Shown: in pieces, positions 17,216 to 20,000 of the stretch | Layout: each line of letters starts with the position of its first letter | Numbering within the stretch: the stretch's first letter is position 1 | Virus record (IMG/VR): IMGVR_UViG_3300005253_000005 | DNA length: 20,000 nt | Reading direction: 5' to 3' (one strand) | Source: an uncultured virus (IMG/VR IMGVR_UViG_3300005253_000005) | Taxonomy: Duplodnaviria > Heunggongvirae > Uroviricota > Caudoviricetes | The notes under the pieces: model-generated | What the model was told of the DNA's origin: nothing | Databases searched by the model: none | Seen by the model: the letters and a program-made list of their open reading frames with translations, nothing else | Translations under genes and position numbers: made by a program

Positions 17216-17798
17216 CACCTGTTAACTTACCACTCATAATTTTATTCCAGATTTCGTCATTAGGCACATACAGTACTACCATCCATGTACCCAGCACAAT
17301 ACTGTGCCCATTAAGCACGAAGTCTACAGGCGTTATATAACTCTGAGCTATAAAGACACCTGACGTTCTTTTACTATGCTCTTCAAAGATATGAGCTTCT
17401 CCAAGACCGTATCTAACTAAAAAGCGATGAGCCATTAATTCCACATCTTCAAGTGGAAACCATTGATCATCTGTATCAAGAGTATTTGGTTTAACAACTA
17501 TAAGATAAACTAAACGCTGAGAGTCATCTGCTTTAACTATCTTTATTGTCTCTTTTTCAGATTTCTTATAACCTGAACCAGATCGTTTACGAACATGAGC
17601 AGCACGATGATGCTTGTCGCATAACCATACTATATGTTTAGTGCCACTGTAAGAACCAGTAGGATGATGAGCCTGTGTTTTACCTGCGCCACATCTTGCA
17701 CACTTACCACGTTTTAGCTTACCTGATTTAACAGCAGCCCATACAGAAGAATAGGCAGAGTTACGATCTGGCATAGTCGCATTTTCTTTAGTGCCCAT
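17109..17798 (-). CDS. XkdF-like prohead protease with N-terminal HNH-like zinc domain
   Basis: C-terminal KADDSQRLVY...PNTLDTDDQW...MAHRF...EEHS...SYITPVDF...GTWM...IWNKIMSGKLTGASPRG matches the XkdF pattern. N-terminal AVKSGKLKRGKCARCG...AHH...WLCDKHHRAAH. Confidence 0.85.
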   Translation of the reverse strand: MGTKENATMPDRNSAYSSVWAAVKSGKLKRGKCARCGAGKTQAHHPTGSYSGTKHIVWLCDKHHRAAHVRKRSGSGYKKSEKETIKIVKADDSQRLVYLIVVKPNTLDTDDQWFPLEDVELMAHRFLVRYGLGEAHIFEEHSKRTSGVFIAQSYITPVDFVLNGHSIVLGTWMVVLYVPNDEIWNKIMSGKLTGASPRGPAILSPGVMPTPEEVHGLSTDGRLDVPADV

Positions 17799-18025
17799 TA
17801 TTTAAATAAGTCTACTATCACATCTCGGATACCAAAGATAAACAAAGGAGACATTAATCCTAATAATGCACCTGCGCCGAGTACACGCTGCATCCATGTT
17901 TCTAGAACGCCTAATCGTCCATTCTGCTCTTTCTGATGAATCTCCATAACCTCTATCGTCTCTTTAATATTTTCAGTACGTTCATCTAGTCGTCCAAGAA
18001 GCGCATCGCGTTCTGCTGCATCCAT
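17798..18025 (-). CDS. XhlA/holin-like single-TM membrane protein
   Basis: 75 aa; coiled coil (LGRLDERT...QNGRLGVLE) followed by a hydrophobic segment. Confidence 0.55.
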   Translation of the reverse strand: MDAAERDALLGRLDERTENIKETIEVMEIHQKEQNGRLGVLETWMQRVLGAGALLGLMSPLFIFGIRDVIVDLFK

Positions 18026-18649
18026 TTAATCAAAACCCTCATCTTCATCTGGTGACTTAAACTTACAGATAGATAACGCCACACCATCATCATCTTTATC
18101 GCTAAGAAGACTGTCTACATGAACATCTCCAGAATCAGGCTGTGCTTTAACGATTATATACTCTCCTGGCTTAAATAAATCACATGTGCCGAACTGTTCA
18201 ATATCACCTTCTACCAGCTGGCACACACCTGTATTACCTTCAAGATCAAAGAAGCTACAACTGGTACAGATGCGTCCGCTCCGCATCTGTTCATCTGTAG
18301 CTTTATCTTGATAATTAACTAAGTCTTTACTTAGAACACCAGCTGCTTTTTCTATCACTACTGGCTTTTTAGTTATTTTGCCTGTTCCACCAGCATGGCC
18401 TCTAGCTTTCTTCATAGCATCTTGTACTATAGCAGTAGGAAGTTGAGTAGTAAGATGAGAAGCAAACTTTACTAGAAACCGTTTAGTAGGAGTTTCGCGT
18501 TCCATCTCTTCGCGTAGGGACTTCTTAATCTTCGCAGTACATTGCTCACAGGCCACAGCCTTATCAGGTAACTTCTGTCCTGGTTTAGCTTTAACCTTAT
18601 CATTACAGACAGCACACATAAGGCGTCGAACTTTCTGAGTTGCAGGCAT
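18026..18649 (-). CDS. Cys-rich protein: Zn ribbon, HiPIP-like domain and MCP-N-terminus-like peptide
   Basis: CAVC...CEQC; YQD...CTSCSFF-x-C.LVEGDI...GTC..F (C-x2-C-x11-C-x12-C); QPDSGDVHVDSLL. Confidence 0.7.
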   Translation of the reverse strand: MPATQKVRRLMCAVCNDKVKAKPGQKLPDKAVACEQCTAKIKKSLREEMERETPTKRFLVKFASHLTTQLPTAIVQDAMKKARGHAGGTGKITKKPVVIEKAAGVLSKDLVNYQDKATDEQMRSGRICTSCSFFDLEGNTGVCQLVEGDIEQFGTCDLFKPGEYIIVKAQPDSGDVHVDSLLSDKDDDGVALSICKFKSPDEDEGFD

Positions 18650-18981
18650 TATGCTGCCAAACCTTCCTCAACCTGAAACTGGAAACGTTCTGTCTGTTGA
18701 GCACTACTTGAAAAAGTTAATTGTAGTTGACCTGAATAAGTACCAGCCGCTGTAATCCCGCCAGTAGGAAGAGTATAATCAATACGACCTGTAGGTTTAT
18801 CTATAATAGTAGCATTTACATCACCACCAGAGAATAGATTGGCTACAGCATCGTGTTTTCGTATAAAGCACTTAACTGATGTCAGGTCAGGATTTGAAAG
18901 ATCAACAACATTGCCATCTTCATCTTTAATAGTAAATTTAAACTTTGGGAGAGTATCATCCTTGAAGTATTTAACCGCCAT
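18649..18981 (-). CDS. BppU N-terminal-like Ig-fold virion protein
   Basis: 110 aa; DTLPKFKFTIKDEDGNVVDLS...TGRIDY...AGTYSGQLQLTF; CAGGAG SD. Confidence 0.7.
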   Translation of the reverse strand: MAVKYFKDDTLPKFKFTIKDEDGNVVDLSNPDLTSVKCFIRKHDAVANLFSGGDVNATIIDKPTGRIDYTLPTGGITAAGTYSGQLQLTFSSSAQQTERFQFQVEEGLAA

Positions 18982-19999
18982 CTTCTTTAGACTCCTGTAT
19001 ATTGATCATGTGGCCTGATATCAATTCAAGAGGTATTATAACAGACGTTTTTACCAATGAGAGATTCCCACTATCTAGTCCTATAGATAGGATATCAGTC
19101 TTTTTTACCGTTGTCAAGACACCACTATAAAGAGTTAAGGTAATAGCTAACAGTACTTCAGGTATTAATTTTAATACACCTGTAGCGCTTGGCTGAACAC
19201 CTGCTAACGCTCGCGTTGCTGCCCTACTCCGTACAAGAATTCCTGCAGCTGCAGTCTGACTGCCAACTATTATTCTAAGAGCTTTCTCAATCCGTATTAA
19301 TGTACCAGCTGAGACAGGTTGTGAACCTGATATTGTTCGATCAGCACCCTTTTCAGCTGATTCTAATGTCCCTGTTAATGCAGGTTGACTACCGATAACA
19401 GATCGGATAGCTTTTTCAGTGCGAATAAGTACCGCAGCTGCTGTCAGCTGAATGCCTGCAGATGATCGTTTCGCTTGTTTCTTACGAGATAAAGTGCCAG
19501 AAGGAGCAAGTTGAACTCCTGTGAGAACTCGAACAGCTTTTTCTATCCTGGTTAAAGCTCCAGTAGCTGATGGCTGGCTACCTACAAGATCACGCTTCGC
19601 AATATAGGTAAGAGTACCTGTAGCATTAAGCTGAGAACCTGAGAGTGATCGCAGAGCCTTTTCTATATGGATAAGAATTCCAGTTGCTGCGAGCTGGACT
19701 CCAGGTATAGCGCGAACGCCCTGTTTTATACGAGTGAAAATGCCTGTAGATGCTGATTGAATTCCTGTGAGAGTCCGCTTTCCCTGTTCTATACGGATGA
19801 GTGTTCCTGTTGCAGATAGTTGACTTCCAGATATCTGGCGAGAAGTTATAAGTGTCGCAGAGACTGTACCAGATGATGTAGGTTGATTACCAGATAAAGA
19901 TCGAGAGGCTTTTTCAATTCTAGCAAGGGTACTCGTAGCAGATAACTGACTACCTGATACAGAGCGTTGTAGTAGTACAGTAAGTGCCCCAGTTGAATT
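18971..19999 (-). CDS. fibre/shaft protein with ~21-aa tandem repeats, 5' end outside window
   Basis: Not in the ORF track; hand translation gives 342 sense codons ending ...QESKEDGG-TAA at 18973-18971, with 13 repeats of R-x-[LIV]-x-G-x-Q-x3-[TS]-G-x-L-x-R-x-E-K-A. Confidence 0.8.
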   Translation of the reverse strand, partial: NSTGALTVLLQRSVSGSQLSATSTLARIEKASRSLSGNQPTSSGTVSATLITSRQISGSQLSATGTLIRIEQGKRTLTGIQSASTGIFTRIKQGVRAIPGVQLAATGILIHIEKALRSLSGSQLNATGTLTYIAKRDLVGSQPSATGALTRIEKAVRVLTGVQLAPSGTLSRKKQAKRSSAGIQLTAAAVLIRTEKAIRSVIGSQPALTGTLESAEKGADRTISGSQPVSAGTLIRIEKALRIIVGSQTAAAGILVRSRAATRALAGVQPSATGVLKLIPEVLLAITLTLYSGVLTTVKKTDILSIGLDSGNLSLVKTSVIIPLELISGHMINIQESKEDGG

Positions 20000-20000
20000 A

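Noticed and set aside
17143..17340. Plus-strand 65-aa ORF
   Set aside because: Antisense to the conserved protease core, no motif.
18610..18649. Twin arginine (KVRRLM) at the start of the HiPIP-like protein as a Tat signal
   Set aside because: No hydrophobic h-region; it is followed directly by CxxC and charged residues.

Overview
Fragment of a tailed dsDNA phage or prophage (siphovirus-like, bacterial SD sites and sigma70-like promoters, roughly 42% GC by eye). Almost all genes lie on the minus strand. Read right to left they are: a partial fibre protein with ~21-aa repeats, a BppU-like protein, a Cys-rich HiPIP-like protein, an XhlA/holin-like protein, an XkdF-like prohead protease with an N-terminal HNH-like domain, scaffold, DUF2190-like cement, major capsid protein (MCP), several small decoration and Zn-finger proteins, neck proteins, two paralogous tail tube genes, a tail chaperone with a -1 frameshift, tape measure, an evolved Dit, a Tal/hub protein and a partial AAA_25/RepA-type helicase. 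Only two plausible plus-strand genes exist, each at a divergent promoter pair. The most unusual signals are: (1) a HiPIP-like Fe-S/Zn-ribbon protein carrying a near-exact, synonymously recoded copy of the MCP N-terminal peptide, a possible capsid-mimic cargo-loading tag; (2) an apparently split prohead protease whose Ser motif sits on the scaffold N-terminus; (3) an antisense HTH gene between the two halves. All family calls come from motif recognition by eye, not from database searches.
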